The notes beneath the pieces were generated by a model, which was not told the origin of the DNA, did no database searches, and worked only from the letters and a program-made list of their open reading frames with translations. Both the position numbers and the translations under genes were made by a program. DNA of 50,269 nt from Planctomycetota bacterium (GTDB taxonomy: Bacteria > Planctomycetota > Phycisphaerae > Sedimentisphaerales > Anaerobacaceae), in the NCBI GenBank assembly GCA_020350405.1, contig CP070715.1, forward strand, positions 606,856 through 657,124, read 5' to 3'. The first letter of the stretch is position 1; the number at the start of each line of letters is the position of its first letter. Below, in pieces: positions 9,963 to 19,245 of this stretch.

Positions 9963-10394
9963 ATGGATTTTCCAAAGCGAATAAGTATTCAGGACCACAC
10001 GATAACAATCACCCCCCGCTATGCGGAAACCGACCAGGGCGGCATGGTTCACCACAGCGTCTATCCGGTCTGGTTTGAGATGGGTCGGACGGAACTGCTG
10101 CGAGCGAATGGTCTGGCTTACAAAGACCTTGAAAGGGCTGGTATATTTTTTGTTGTCGCCGAGCTCGCGATGAAATACCGCCAGCCCGCAAAATATGACG
10201 AAAAGCTCGAACTGCATACAAGCTGCTCAAGCATTATCGCCAGCAAGGTTGAGCATAGTTATAAACTCACCCGCTGCAGCGACGGAGTACTTCTGGCTGA
10301 GGGCTCCAGCATCCTTGTCTGTGTAGATAAGGGAGGGAAAATTCGACGGATGCCTGATTTTATGTACCCAGCGTCAGACAAGACAAGTGTTTGA
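9963..10394 (+). CDS. Acyl-CoA thioesterase, YbgC/4HBT hotdog family
   Basis: PRYAETDQGGMVHHSVYPVWFEMGRTELL is the canonical 4HBT N-terminal catalytic region. 143 aa. Confidence 0.85.
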   Translation: MDFPKRISIQDHTITITPRYAETDQGGMVHHSVYPVWFEMGRTELLRANGLAYKDLERAGIFFVVAELAMKYRQPAKYDEKLELHTSCSSIIASKVEHSYKLTRCSDGVLLAEGSSILVCVDKGGKIRRMPDFMYPASDKTSV

Positions 10395-10468
10395 CTTGCT
10401 TCGGCCAATTCGCTAAACTACTGTTTACGCTGACTGTTGCTTTGATCCCCAATCTTCGTGTAGGGCGT

Positions 10469-11911
10469 ATGATTTCAGAGAAAAGAGAGAATTGTGGTCT
10501 TTTCGGTATTTTTGGAGACCCCGAAGCGGCGCAGAAGGCCTATTTTGGTTTATTTAGCCTGCAGCACCGCGGACAGGAGTCAGCAGGGATAGCATCTAGT
10601 AACGGTGAGTTTATCGAGTGTTACACCGGGACGGGCACGGTGGCGAGGGTCTTTCGGAGCGGGACGGGCCTTTTGGAGAAACTGACCAATCCGATGGCCA
10701 TAGGCCATGTGCGGTATTCGACGACCGGTTCGAGTAATCCGATGAACAGCCAGCCGCTGTTAAGTGAATACTCGCGGGGACAGGTGGCGGTGGCACATAA
10801 CGGCAATCTTATAAATGCCGCGCTACTACGGGATGAGTATGAGGCATATGGGAGTATTTTCAAGACTACCTCCGATACCGAAGTAATTATTCACTTGCTT
10901 GCCAAGCCGACCCACGTTGCCAATCCCGACCCACTGGCCCATGTATTAAATCATTTGCAGGGCGCATACAGTCTGCTGTTTCTGTACGCTGACAGGATTG
11001 AGGCGGCCCGTGACCCTTGGGGCATTCGGCCTTTGTGTGTCGGCCGGACCGAAGAAGGAGCTTATGTTGTTGCCAGCGAGAGTTGTGCGTTGGATACTAT
11101 AGACGCCAAGTTCGTTCGCGAGGTCGAACCCGGTGAAATCGTTCGGCTGGACAAAGACGGATTGAGCAGCAGATTTTTCGTCACGCCGGGGGCGGTGACA
11201 CCAGCACACTGTATTTTTGAGCATGTTTACTTCGCCAAGCAAAACAGCACTATTTTCGGTGAGAACGTGCACGAGTTTAGAAAAAAGCTCGGCAGACAAC
11301 TGGCCACAGAACATCCCGTTGATGCTGACGTTGTAATGCCTGTGCCTGATTCGGGGACATCGGCGGCAATAGGATACTCGGAGCAAAGCAAAATACCGTT
11401 CGATATGGGACTGGTCAGGAGCCACTATGTAGGCAGGACATTCATCTCGCCAGGCCAGCAATTGCGAGAGCTGCAGGTCAAACTCAAGCTGGCGGTGATA
11501 AAGGAGGTAGTGGGCGGCAATAGCGTTGTAGTGGTGGACGATTCCATAGTTCGCGGCACGACGACGCGAGGCAAAATCAGGACACTGCGTCAGGCAGGTG
11601 CGAAGGAAATCCACATGAGGGTAAGCTGTCCGCCGCTGAGGTATCCGTGTTTTTATGGTGTGGACTTTCCCACGAAAGAAGAGCTGCTGGCAAATGGCCG
11701 CAGTCTGGAACAAATTAAAGAGTTTCTCGAAGTGGACAGTGTCGGTTATATCTCGCTGGAGGGGCTGTTGTCTTGTGCAAATCTGCCGGCGGACCACTAC
11801 TGCACGGCGTGCTGGAGTGGTAACTACAGAATACCGGTGGATACTGTGGTTAATAAATTCTCCCTTGAGCATTACCAGATGCGCATGTTCGATGATCGGC
11901 AAGAGGTATGA
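10469..11911 (+). CDS. purF: Amidophosphoribosyltransferase (glutamine PRPP amidotransferase), Fe-S type with short propeptide
   Basis: MISEKRENCGLFGIFG (N-terminal nucleophile Cys after a propeptide), PRPP loop VVVDDSIVRGTT, and Cys ligands (CIFEHVYF, CPPLRYPCFYG, CTACWSG). The track ORF begins at TTG 10391, but ATG 10469 fits the family N-terminus. Confidence 0.95.
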   Translation: MISEKRENCGLFGIFGDPEAAQKAYFGLFSLQHRGQESAGIASSNGEFIECYTGTGTVARVFRSGTGLLEKLTNPMAIGHVRYSTTGSSNPMNSQPLLSEYSRGQVAVAHNGNLINAALLRDEYEAYGSIFKTTSDTEVIIHLLAKPTHVANPDPLAHVLNHLQGAYSLLFLYADRIEAARDPWGIRPLCVGRTEEGAYVVASESCALDTIDAKFVREVEPGEIVRLDKDGLSSRFFVTPGAVTPAHCIFEHVYFAKQNSTIFGENVHEFRKKLGRQLATEHPVDADVVMPVPDSGTSAAIGYSEQSKIPFDMGLVRSHYVGRTFISPGQQLRELQVKLKLAVIKEVVGGNSVVVVDDSIVRGTTTRGKIRTLRQAGAKEIHMRVSCPPLRYPCFYGVDFPTKEELLANGRSLEQIKEFLEVDSVGYISLEGLLSCANLPADHYCTACWSGNYRIPVDTVVNKFSLEHYQMRMFDDRQEV

Positions 11912-12975
11912 GTAAATACGTTACCTACGAGCAATCCGGAGTAAATATAGAGGCCGGCGATGAGAGCGCCGGGCAGATCTATTCATCGGTGGCCAGTACA
12001 TTCGGGCCCCGTGTTATGGAACTGAGGGGCGGCTTTGCAGGGCTGTTTCGGCTGGATTACGATGAAAGGCTCTTCAAGAGAAATTATAAGAGACCTGTTC
12101 TGGTGGCGTGTACGGATGGTGTTGGCAGCAAGGTTCAACTGGCTGGCAAGATGAAGAAGTTCGATACGGTAGGGATAGATTTGGTGGCGATGAGTGTCAA
12201 TGACATGCTCGTTCTTGGGGCGGAGCCATTGTTTTTTCTGGATTATCTGGCGGTGAACAAACTCGAGCCGAAGGTAGTGGCTGAGCTGGTAAAAGGCGTT
12301 GCTGCCGGTTGTCGGTCGGCTGATTGTGCTTTGATAGGGGGTGAGACGGCTGAGATGCCGGACACGTACCGCGCGGGTGATTTCGACATGGCCGGCTTTG
12401 CCGTGGGAGTCGTGGAGCGAAGAAAAATCATCGACGGAAGGAATGTGCGGAAAGGCGATGTAATTCTTGGGCTTGGCTCGAACGGACTTCACAGCAACGG
12501 CTATACACTTGTTCGCAAGATATGTTTTGAGAAGTCCGGTCTGAAGATGACCGACGCGCCGGATGGTCTTGACGGTACCGTATTAGGTAACGTTTTGCTT
12601 GAGCCAACGCGAATTTACGTTCGGCCGATAGTGAAATTGCTGTCACAATACAAAGTCAAAAAAATAGTGCACGGGATGGCACATATTACCGGTGGTGGTT
12701 TGCCGGGAAATATTCCGCGGGTCCTGCCGAAAGACTGTGATGCCGTGATAAAGAAGTCGAGCTGGCCGAGACACAAGATATTCGAGTTTTTGCAGGAAGC
12801 CGGGCCTGTCGAAGAGGAGGAGATGTTCAGAGTTTTTAATGTGGGGATAGGGTTCGTGCTGGTAGTGGCGGAGGACTTTGCCGCGTCGATAAAAAAGAAA
12901 TTGACCAGATACGGTGAGAAGGTTTACAGGATAGGCAGGATCACTACGGGCACAGGCAAGGTAGTTTTGAAATAG
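11908..12975 (+). CDS. purM: Phosphoribosylformylglycinamidine cyclo-ligase (AIR synthetase)
   Basis: YEQSGVNIEAGD, GGFAGLF, CTDGVGSKV, DLVAMSVNDM, GGETAEMP, HSNGYTL. ATGA overlap with purF. Confidence 0.95.
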   Translation: MSKYVTYEQSGVNIEAGDESAGQIYSSVASTFGPRVMELRGGFAGLFRLDYDERLFKRNYKRPVLVACTDGVGSKVQLAGKMKKFDTVGIDLVAMSVNDMLVLGAEPLFFLDYLAVNKLEPKVVAELVKGVAAGCRSADCALIGGETAEMPDTYRAGDFDMAGFAVGVVERRKIIDGRNVRKGDVILGLGSNGLHSNGYTLVRKICFEKSGLKMTDAPDGLDGTVLGNVLLEPTRIYVRPIVKLLSQYKVKKIVHGMAHITGGGLPGNIPRVLPKDCDAVIKKSSWPRHKIFEFLQEAGPVEEEEMFRVFNVGIGFVLVVAEDFAASIKKKLTRYGEKVYRIGRITTGTGKVVLK

Positions 12976-13084
12976 GAGGAACTATTTATTTTGGCCTTTA
13001 CTGTTTTAGCGTGCGCTTCCAATGGTGTGAATTGCATTTAAATGAGCGATTTGGATTTAGACATATAATAAAAGAAGGCGAATA

Positions 13085-14149
13085 TTGATGAACGACTCGG
13101 TGAAGGAGAAAAGATGCGGATTAATTAATAGGTTATTTCCAAAAGGGATACCGAAGCTTTTGTGTCCGCCCCTAACGCACTATACAGAGCAAGGAGGCAT
13201 TGATTTTGCACGGATGGAGGCTCATCTTGCACATTTGTCGCAGTGGGTCAAAGCATATCTGGTTCCCGGCTCGACCGGCGATGGCTGGGAAATGAGCGAG
13301 GAGGAAATTCGTCAGGTCCTGGTGTTCGACCATGGTTTGGCGGAGAAGCTCGATGTACAGATACTTATAGGAGTATTGAGAACTGATGCACAAGCAGCAC
13401 ATCAGAGCATCGTTGATACGCTAGTGTGGTTGAAAGAGCGGATGGGCATTGAAAGTGATGATGACGTTATGGAAAAGACAAAGGTGTGCGGGTTCACAGT
13501 TTGTCCGCCGAAAGGTAAAGATGTCTCACAGGCACAAATATATAGCGCTCTCGTACCTATCCTGGAGCTGGGGATGCCCATTGCTCTTTACCAGCTGCCG
13601 CAGGTAACCGAAAATGAGATGTCCAGCGAGATAGTAGCGAAGCTGGCGGCTGAATTCAGCAATTTTTATCTACTCAAGGACACAAGCGGAGGGGACAAGG
13701 TGGCGCTATCAGGTCTTGATTTGGGCGGTGTGTATCTTGTCAGAGGTGCGGAAGGCAACTATTCCAAGTGGTTGCGGACTGGCAGCGGAAGCTATGATGG
13801 TTTCCTGTTGGGCTCAGCTAATTGTTTCGCAAAAGAACTTAATTCAATTATCGAAAGTGTTTGCACTGGTAATCTGAGTGTGGCTGAGGAATTATCAGCG
13901 AGAATCACAGGCGTAGTGGACGAGGTTTTCAAGTGTGCTACCGGTCTGGGGGCCAGCAATCTATTTAGTTATGCGTACAAGGCTGTTGACCATTTTTTCG
14001 CATACGGCCCAGACGCAGCAGAAATTGCACCGCCTCGGATTTATTCAGGTGAAAGGCTTGAAGCGGGGATTATAAAAACAGCCGGCGAGGCCCTTATTCG
14101 TTTTAGACTCATGCCATCAGAAGGCTACTTATCAACCGAAAAAGCGTAA
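13085..14149 (+). CDS. DapA/DHDPS-like class I aldolase family protein, tentative
   Basis: LVPGSTGDGWEMSEEE resembles the GSTGE motif of the dihydrodipicolinate synthase family. 354 aa. ATG at 13088 is a likely start. Confidence 0.5.
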   Translation: MMNDSVKEKRCGLINRLFPKGIPKLLCPPLTHYTEQGGIDFARMEAHLAHLSQWVKAYLVPGSTGDGWEMSEEEIRQVLVFDHGLAEKLDVQILIGVLRTDAQAAHQSIVDTLVWLKERMGIESDDDVMEKTKVCGFTVCPPKGKDVSQAQIYSALVPILELGMPIALYQLPQVTENEMSSEIVAKLAAEFSNFYLLKDTSGGDKVALSGLDLGGVYLVRGAEGNYSKWLRTGSGSYDGFLLGSANCFAKELNSIIESVCTGNLSVAEELSARITGVVDEVFKCATGLGASNLFSYAYKAVDHFFAYGPDAAEIAPPRIYSGERLEAGIIKTAGEALIRFRLMPSEGYLSTEKA

Positions 14150-14369
14150 AATACATCGAAACGGGGAGGGCGGCAGGCTGGCGGCTCTGCGACCGCTATT
14201 TTGAATCTTAGGGATTCAGGCTGCATATCTTTTGGGGATTTTGCCGATTTGATAGATACAGAAGGTTGCCAAGCACGACAAAAACGTCCCTAAGCAAAGT
14301 ATTGTTACTATCAGGCACAGCGAGGCAGTTTGCAGCGGGTTGTGTGGCCTAGTTCACGGGTGATACACG

Positions 14370-15395
14370 ATGACAGCACACAAGATGCTAAATAAGAAAT
14401 ATAGTAGGTTCGCTGCCGCTGCTATTCTTTACGCTGCCTTTGCGGGCTACCTTTATCAGCCGTATTTCAAACAGTTCCACAAACTGCAATACCTTCTCGT
14501 AGTAAATATTTGCCTGGGTTCTCTTGGCTGCTTCGTGTTGAGTCGGCGATGGGTGGTATCATTCTGTGGTTCGTTTTTTGCCGGGGCTGTTTATGGCTTC
14601 GGGCCATCTTCACTTGGGCTTGCGTGTTACCATCCGGCGGCTGGTCTGCTAACAGCGAGTATCCCATGGTTGTTTTTGCCTGCGGTGTTCGGGCCTAAGG
14701 GGAGGTGGCGATGGCTGAGGTTGCCTCTTTGTGCACTGCCTTTTTTGACGATAGTGTTATTTTTCCAGGTGGCTATCTACTTTAGGTTATTCATAATTCC
14801 AGTGCAGGTCAAACTGGGCTTAGCTGACTTGACGGGGTTTTTGGCTCCACTAGTTGCGGCCGAACGCAATATGACTTTAATCGGCTTCTACCATGTTCCG
14901 ATAGCAGCTCTTATTATGGGTTTTTCGATGCTACTGGCGGCGCGGCGACTCGCGGTGTTGGCAATTTTGTGTGTTGGTGCCGCATTGGCCTTCTGCCCGG
15001 CGTTTCTCAACGTTAGCCCAATTGTATGGCCGGCCCTTGCGGTCTTGTGCTGCTCGGTGATTATAGGAGAAGGGATGCATGGACTTATCCTCGCTGGCCA
15101 TGCTGACAGAAAGTGGGTGCTGGTGAGCGCAGTGATTATGGGTGTATGTTCGACAGCAACGTTGCTACTGGCGACCAAGTACTCCGGAATGTTTGGAGGC
15201 CTAGGGACAAAGTATGCGAAACTGCTTGTGGAAGCCGCGACAATGTACATACTCGGTACGGTTGCGGTTGTTATCCTTTATGTTATGGCACGTACGAGAT
15301 TGCGTATTAACTGGCTACGGCTGGTTATCCTGTGTTCGGCAATGGCGCTCGATGTATTTCTGGGAGCAAGGTTTATCGTCGATAAGGTATTCTGA
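14370..15395 (+). CDS. Polytopic integral membrane protein, unknown function
   Basis: 341 aa with about 9 hydrophobic segments. No recognised catalytic motif. Confidence 0.65.
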   Translation: MTAHKMLNKKYSRFAAAAILYAAFAGYLYQPYFKQFHKLQYLLVVNICLGSLGCFVLSRRWVVSFCGSFFAGAVYGFGPSSLGLACYHPAAGLLTASIPWLFLPAVFGPKGRWRWLRLPLCALPFLTIVLFFQVAIYFRLFIIPVQVKLGLADLTGFLAPLVAAERNMTLIGFYHVPIAALIMGFSMLLAARRLAVLAILCVGAALAFCPAFLNVSPIVWPALAVLCCSVIIGEGMHGLILAGHADRKWVLVSAVIMGVCSTATLLLATKYSGMFGGLGTKYAKLLVEAATMYILGTVAVVILYVMARTRLRINWLRLVILCSAMALDVFLGARFIVDKVF

Positions 15396-15406
15396 CTCGT
15401 ATAAAG

Positions 15407-15688
15407 CTAAAAGGTTTCTCTTTCGATTTGGCCGAGGTAGAAGCGGCCATCCTTTCGCATAAAGGAAATCACGGCATCAAATTGCTGGTCTATGAAGCGG
15501 GTATCGTTTGAGACTATTGCAACTGCAACAACAGCAAAGGTTTTGTTGTCCTGATGGTCGACCTCGGCGATGGAGATATTGAACCTGCTTTTGAGCCGGC
15601 CGATCAGACCTTTTACGATACTTCGCTTCTGCTTGAGCGAGGTTATCCCCTGCATATGTAGTTGAGCTGTAAGCACACCGACAATCAT
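15407..15688 (-). CDS. DUF503 (YlxP-like) family protein
   Basis: MIVGVLTAQLHMQGITSLKQKRSIVKGLIGRLKSRFNISIAEV matches the DUF503 pattern. The internal ATG at 15688 gives the family-typical N-terminus (track ORF extends to 15724). Confidence 0.7.
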   Translation of the reverse strand: MIVGVLTAQLHMQGITSLKQKRSIVKGLIGRLKSRFNISIAEVDHQDNKTFAVVAVAIVSNDTRFIDQQFDAVISFMRKDGRFYLGQIERETF

Positions 15689-15811
15689 CAGGGCGGCACC
15701 CTTTGGCCTATTGGTTCCAGCCATTAGTATAGGACGACCATTGTAGGCTTTTTCGGTGGAACTTCAACCCTACGGATTGTCGAGCATCCGCAAAGCGGTC
15801 CCAGATCGTTG

Positions 15812-16390
15812 CTAAGGCTTCATTTGTGCAACTAATTGGCGTGTTTCGGGTGATTGCTTGTGGTGGGCTTGTTTGAATGCGCCGGCCTGGTCCGTATGCT
15901 GGCTCTTAAAAAGCTCGTTGCCGGCGATAACCTCCTGCAGGGCCTTAGACTTTACTCTGGCCTCTTTCAAGAACCGAACGGCCCTTGTTCCGTACACACC
16001 GCCCAGCAGAGCCGATATACCGATGGCTAATTCAAAGATATTATCAGCCACCTGAAACGTATCGGGCCTTTCAGCCGACTGGGCCACAGCTGTCTGCGCA
16101 AGCTGGAAGCTCGATTCGGCAAGTATGTCCTCGGCGGTGTCGGCTTGCGGGAGCTCTCTCGGCAGACCACAGTAGGATACGAAAGCCCCACTCTGCAATT
16201 TTGATAATCTGGTCAGGGCCTGCAGCTTCCCGGAGGCATTTTCCGTGTGTGCGGTATCAGCCGCCACTGCGGCGGTTCGGTTGTGTAGCCAAGCGTTTTG
16301 CTTTTGCGCCTCGGTCGGCGCAAAACGCAGACTCTCGCATCCAGCTAACACAAGGCATAACAGAATTAATGTTCCAACAATCTTTCTCAT
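15812..16390 (-). CDS. Putative lipoprotein, unknown function
   Basis: ATG at 16390 is preceded by AAGGAGAGAAATT. The N-terminus MRKIVGTLILLCLVLAGCES has a lipobox. This start removes the overlap with the divergent gene. Confidence 0.6.
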   Translation of the reverse strand: MRKIVGTLILLCLVLAGCESLRFAPTEAQKQNAWLHNRTAAVAADTAHTENASGKLQALTRLSKLQSGAFVSYCGLPRELPQADTAEDILAESSFQLAQTAVAQSAERPDTFQVADNIFELAIGISALLGGVYGTRAVRFLKEARVKSKALQEVIAGNELFKSQHTDQAGAFKQAHHKQSPETRQLVAQMKP

Positions 16391-16487
16391 AATTTCTCTC
16401 CTTAATTTTAGATGCATTTCACGTTTTTCAGCTATAATAGTGTTAATTTGATTGGGAAAACTACGGGATTCGACCCGAGACTTGCCT

Positions 16488-17621
16488 ATGGACACAGCGA
16501 AGCGATTCAAACCCAAGACTATATTGTTGTGGAAGAAAGTGGCGGACCATCCTGAGGCCCAGCGAATTTTAGAGTTGTTTCCATCGGCCGAGATTCATGT
16601 AATAGAGCAACAGCGCGGCGGGCCTTTTCCAAATATGTCACTATCTCAGGCACTGCTAAGCGGAAAAAGGACCTTAATGATAGGGGAAACATCATCTTTT
16701 GTAGGGTATTTCGATGGGCAACCTGGAAGATTTTCACATTGTGATAAAGCGCGAAATGGGGTCGGCTCAAATGTTTGTTGCCAGCCCTACTACAAACTCG
16801 TTCCCATCTCGAACGGTTGTCCCTATTACTGCACATATTGCTACTTAGCGTTTGTTTATCGCAAGTTTGCTCCATTTATTAAGATTAATATCAATTACGA
16901 AACCATGTTTAAGCAAATACGAAAAACTTTGGCCTCATATCGAGGCAAAGTCAGCTTTAACATGGGCGAAATGCTCGACAGTCTCGCGCTCGACCACATA
17001 GCCGGTCTTACAAAGATTTTAGTTCCTTTTTTTGCAGGTTTTTCTAACGCTTATTTGATGTTGTTAACTAAGAGCAGCAACATTGATAACCTTTTAGCCA
17101 TTGAACCTAACGAGCATACTGTTGTTTCGTGGAGCCTGAACAGCCAAGATGCAATCGAAACATATGAGTTGGGTACAGCCAGTCTTGACGAGCGTATCCA
17201 CGCGGCCAAACAGTGCCAGGATCACGGCTATCGGATACGGTTTCGCATCGACCCAGGCATCCTGCACCAAGACTGGCAGGCTGGTTATGCCGATTTAATT
17301 CAAAGAACATTAACTGTCATCCGGCCGGAAAACATAACACTTGGAACGCTGAGGCTTCTGCCCGGCCATTTTCGCTTTGCTGCTGATGCGTATGGCAGTC
17401 GCGCTCGGAAGCTCTGCCAATGCAATTTCTTTAAAGGCGCTTCAGATGGCAAGCTCCGTTATCCTCGCGAGCAACGTATAAAATTTTACAATTTCTTAAT
17501 CGATAGCATTTGCAGCTTTGACAAGAATGTGTCTGTCAGCCTCTGCCGAGAGACACCTGAGGTTTGGAGTATTTTTAAGAACCAATGTGCGACCAAGAAA
17601 TGTAACTGTGTGGTTTGGTAA
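16488..17621 (+). CDS. Radical SAM protein, spore-photoproduct-lyase (SplB/COG1533) family
   Basis: NGCPYYCTYCYL (CxxxCxxC radical SAM cluster motif) in the context typical of SPL-like DNA-repair radical SAM enzymes. ATG 16488 is preferred over TTG 16452. Confidence 0.75.
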   Translation: MDTAKRFKPKTILLWKKVADHPEAQRILELFPSAEIHVIEQQRGGPFPNMSLSQALLSGKRTLMIGETSSFVGYFDGQPGRFSHCDKARNGVGSNVCCQPYYKLVPISNGCPYYCTYCYLAFVYRKFAPFIKININYETMFKQIRKTLASYRGKVSFNMGEMLDSLALDHIAGLTKILVPFFAGFSNAYLMLLTKSSNIDNLLAIEPNEHTVVSWSLNSQDAIETYELGTASLDERIHAAKQCQDHGYRIRFRIDPGILHQDWQAGYADLIQRTLTVIRPENITLGTLRLLPGHFRFAADAYGSRARKLCQCNFFKGASDGKLRYPREQRIKFYNFLIDSICSFDKNVSVSLCRETPEVWSIFKNQCATKKCNCVVW

Positions 17622-17650
17622 TAATAGCACTATGAGACCTTGTCGTGCCG

Positions 17651-18532
17651 TCATTTGTCGGTAGGTGTGTACAAACAGTGGCAATATGTGTACGTTTGGG
17701 TTTCATTCGTGTTTCTACTCGGATAAACATGTTGTGTTAACTCTTCATGGTGGCTTGATGTGCCTATCGCCCTGCTAAGTCGTCGCATAAGCGGTGCCTT
17801 AAACTTGTCCTGCAAAACCAGGATTCTTCCGTTGGGAGTACAGAGTTTCTCTATGTTTAACACACCGTTAGCAAGGTCAATTAATCCATTGTCTTCATCT
17901 AAAGGGACTATAGCATAAGAAAACGTTATTATGTCATATGTGCCCAAATTGCGTTTTACTCTTCGGAGTTGGTTTATGTTGCTGGGAAAGGCCTTTTGTA
18001 CGCTAATCGTTTGGCTGTGAACAATCCCTCTATTATGCTTTTTGCTGAAGGCGAAGTAGTCGCTTAACATACGTTGGGCGCTACCCAGACAGTAACCGGA
18101 GGTGTCATTCAGTATATAGGTTATCTTCACTGTCTCGGCCGTTGGCCAATTGTCTACGTCCTTATGATGTTCGAAGATGCAGGCAAGCAAGTCAGTAATC
18201 GCTAAAGAAGCGACAGCTGGGCCACAGCCGATATCAAGGATTCGCAACCTTCCAGACGTTAAGAGATTTAGGAAGTCGTTTGAAGTCATATAATCAAACA
18301 AACTGTTTTGTGCTTGGAAGTAGTGTCTGGTAAAAAACTTGACGAGAAAGGCCCTCATTTCTGCTGGATTTTTGGGGTAACGTGTAGCATCTTCCGAAAC
18401 TTTTCTCTTAGGCAGGCGGGCTATATGATATTTTAGCAGCGTTTTCACCGTAGCGCCGAGTTGCCATATTCCATCAGGGCATAATTCTTTTCGCATGCGA
18501 TTCTGCAATGTTCTGTTCATGGGCAGTGGCAC
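17651..18532 (-). CDS. Class I SAM-dependent methyltransferase, substrate unknown
   Basis: Motif I RILDIGCGPAVASLAI and a downstream acidic post-I residue (YILNDTS). No DPPY/NPPY or PCQ DNA-methyltransferase motifs seen. Spot GC is 30-37 percent. Confidence 0.65.
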   Translation of the reverse strand: MPLPMNRTLQNRMRKELCPDGIWQLGATVKTLLKYHIARLPKRKVSEDATRYPKNPAEMRAFLVKFFTRHYFQAQNSLFDYMTSNDFLNLLTSGRLRILDIGCGPAVASLAITDLLACIFEHHKDVDNWPTAETVKITYILNDTSGYCLGSAQRMLSDYFAFSKKHNRGIVHSQTISVQKAFPSNINQLRRVKRNLGTYDIITFSYAIVPLDEDNGLIDLANGVLNIEKLCTPNGRILVLQDKFKAPLMRRLSRAIGTSSHHEELTQHVYPSRNTNETQTYTYCHCLYTPTDK

Positions 18533-18579
18533 CTTTTACTTTTGCTGGAGAGACAAGAAGTGTAGTTTTGCCTCATTGG

Positions 18580-18870
18580 TCAGGGTCTAAAACTTCCTTG
18601 TGTGATATCACCCTTAGAAATGTTTTTTTCGATTACTTGGAGCCGGTATTCGCAAGAGAGGCTTTTTGTCTGAAGCGATTCAAGTTTTTGCTCAAAACTC
18701 TTCTGGCACTGAAGCAGCATCGTTACATCGCGCTGCAAAAGGTCAAGTTGGCGCTGTAAATTGACCCAGCTGCCCACAATCAGGAAAGCCAGAAATATCA
18801 GCTGTATCAAGATAGAAAGGTTTGCCGGTTTATTAAGACGCCATGATTTGCAATTAGTCTGAGCCATCAT
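18580..18870 (-). CDS. Small single-pass membrane protein with coiled-coil C-terminus (holin/spanin-like by architecture only)
   Basis: 96 aa. TM segment LSILIQLIFLAFLIVGSWV is followed by a heptad-like stretch QRQLDLLQRDVTMLLQCQKSFEQKLESLQ. Confidence 0.45.
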   Translation of the reverse strand: MMAQTNCKSWRLNKPANLSILIQLIFLAFLIVGSWVNLQRQLDLLQRDVTMLLQCQKSFEQKLESLQTKSLSCEYRLQVIEKNISKGDITQGSFRP

Positions 18871-18904
18871 TCAGTCCTAGCCGAGAATCCAGAATCGAAT
18901 TTTT

Positions 18905-19240
18905 TTAGACTGGCGCGTAGAAGACGTTCTTTTTACCCACTCTGCACATTACCACATAAGTTCCAGCCGTAAGTTGGCCTGTTTGTAGAAATGATTCCGC
19001 CAAGTTGGTCGCCTGCATCTCGCTGCCAATTTCAGTGGGAAGCGAGCCCGGCTGGCCTATCTCTACAGCCCGGACGTTGTAGACGTTATATGAAGAATTA
19101 CTTTTGACCTTAATGGCCCAGATGGTTGCACGAGCGCCAGGTGAAGCCACGATCGATGTCTCCGTATTTAGTTCTGAACTCTTTCGGGCAAGTCTTTCCA
19201 GTGCCTGCTGAGTATTTTCGGTATTTGTCTCTTCTCTCAT
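18905..19240 (-). CDS. Hypothetical protein, 111 aa (island member)
   Basis: ORF lies 5 nt downstream of the 609-aa gene on the same strand. No recognised motif. Confidence 0.5.
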   Translation of the reverse strand: MREETNTENTQQALERLARKSSELNTETSIVASPGARATIWAIKVKSNSSYNVYNVRAVEIGQPGSLPTEIGSEMQATNLAESFLQTGQLTAGTYVVMCRVGKKNVFYAPV

Positions 19241-19245
19241 AGCCC

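Noticed and set aside
10946-11902. 318-aa ORF antisense to purF
   Set aside because: It lies entirely within the strongly supported purF frame. The translation is Arg/Cys/His-rich with no motifs, so it is a typical shadow ORF.
16465-16476. GGGATTCGACCC, resembling a tRNA T-arm on the reverse strand
   Set aside because: No acceptor stem or anticodon arm can be built around it. It lies in the spacer/5' region between divergent genes. No tRNA is called anywhere in the window.
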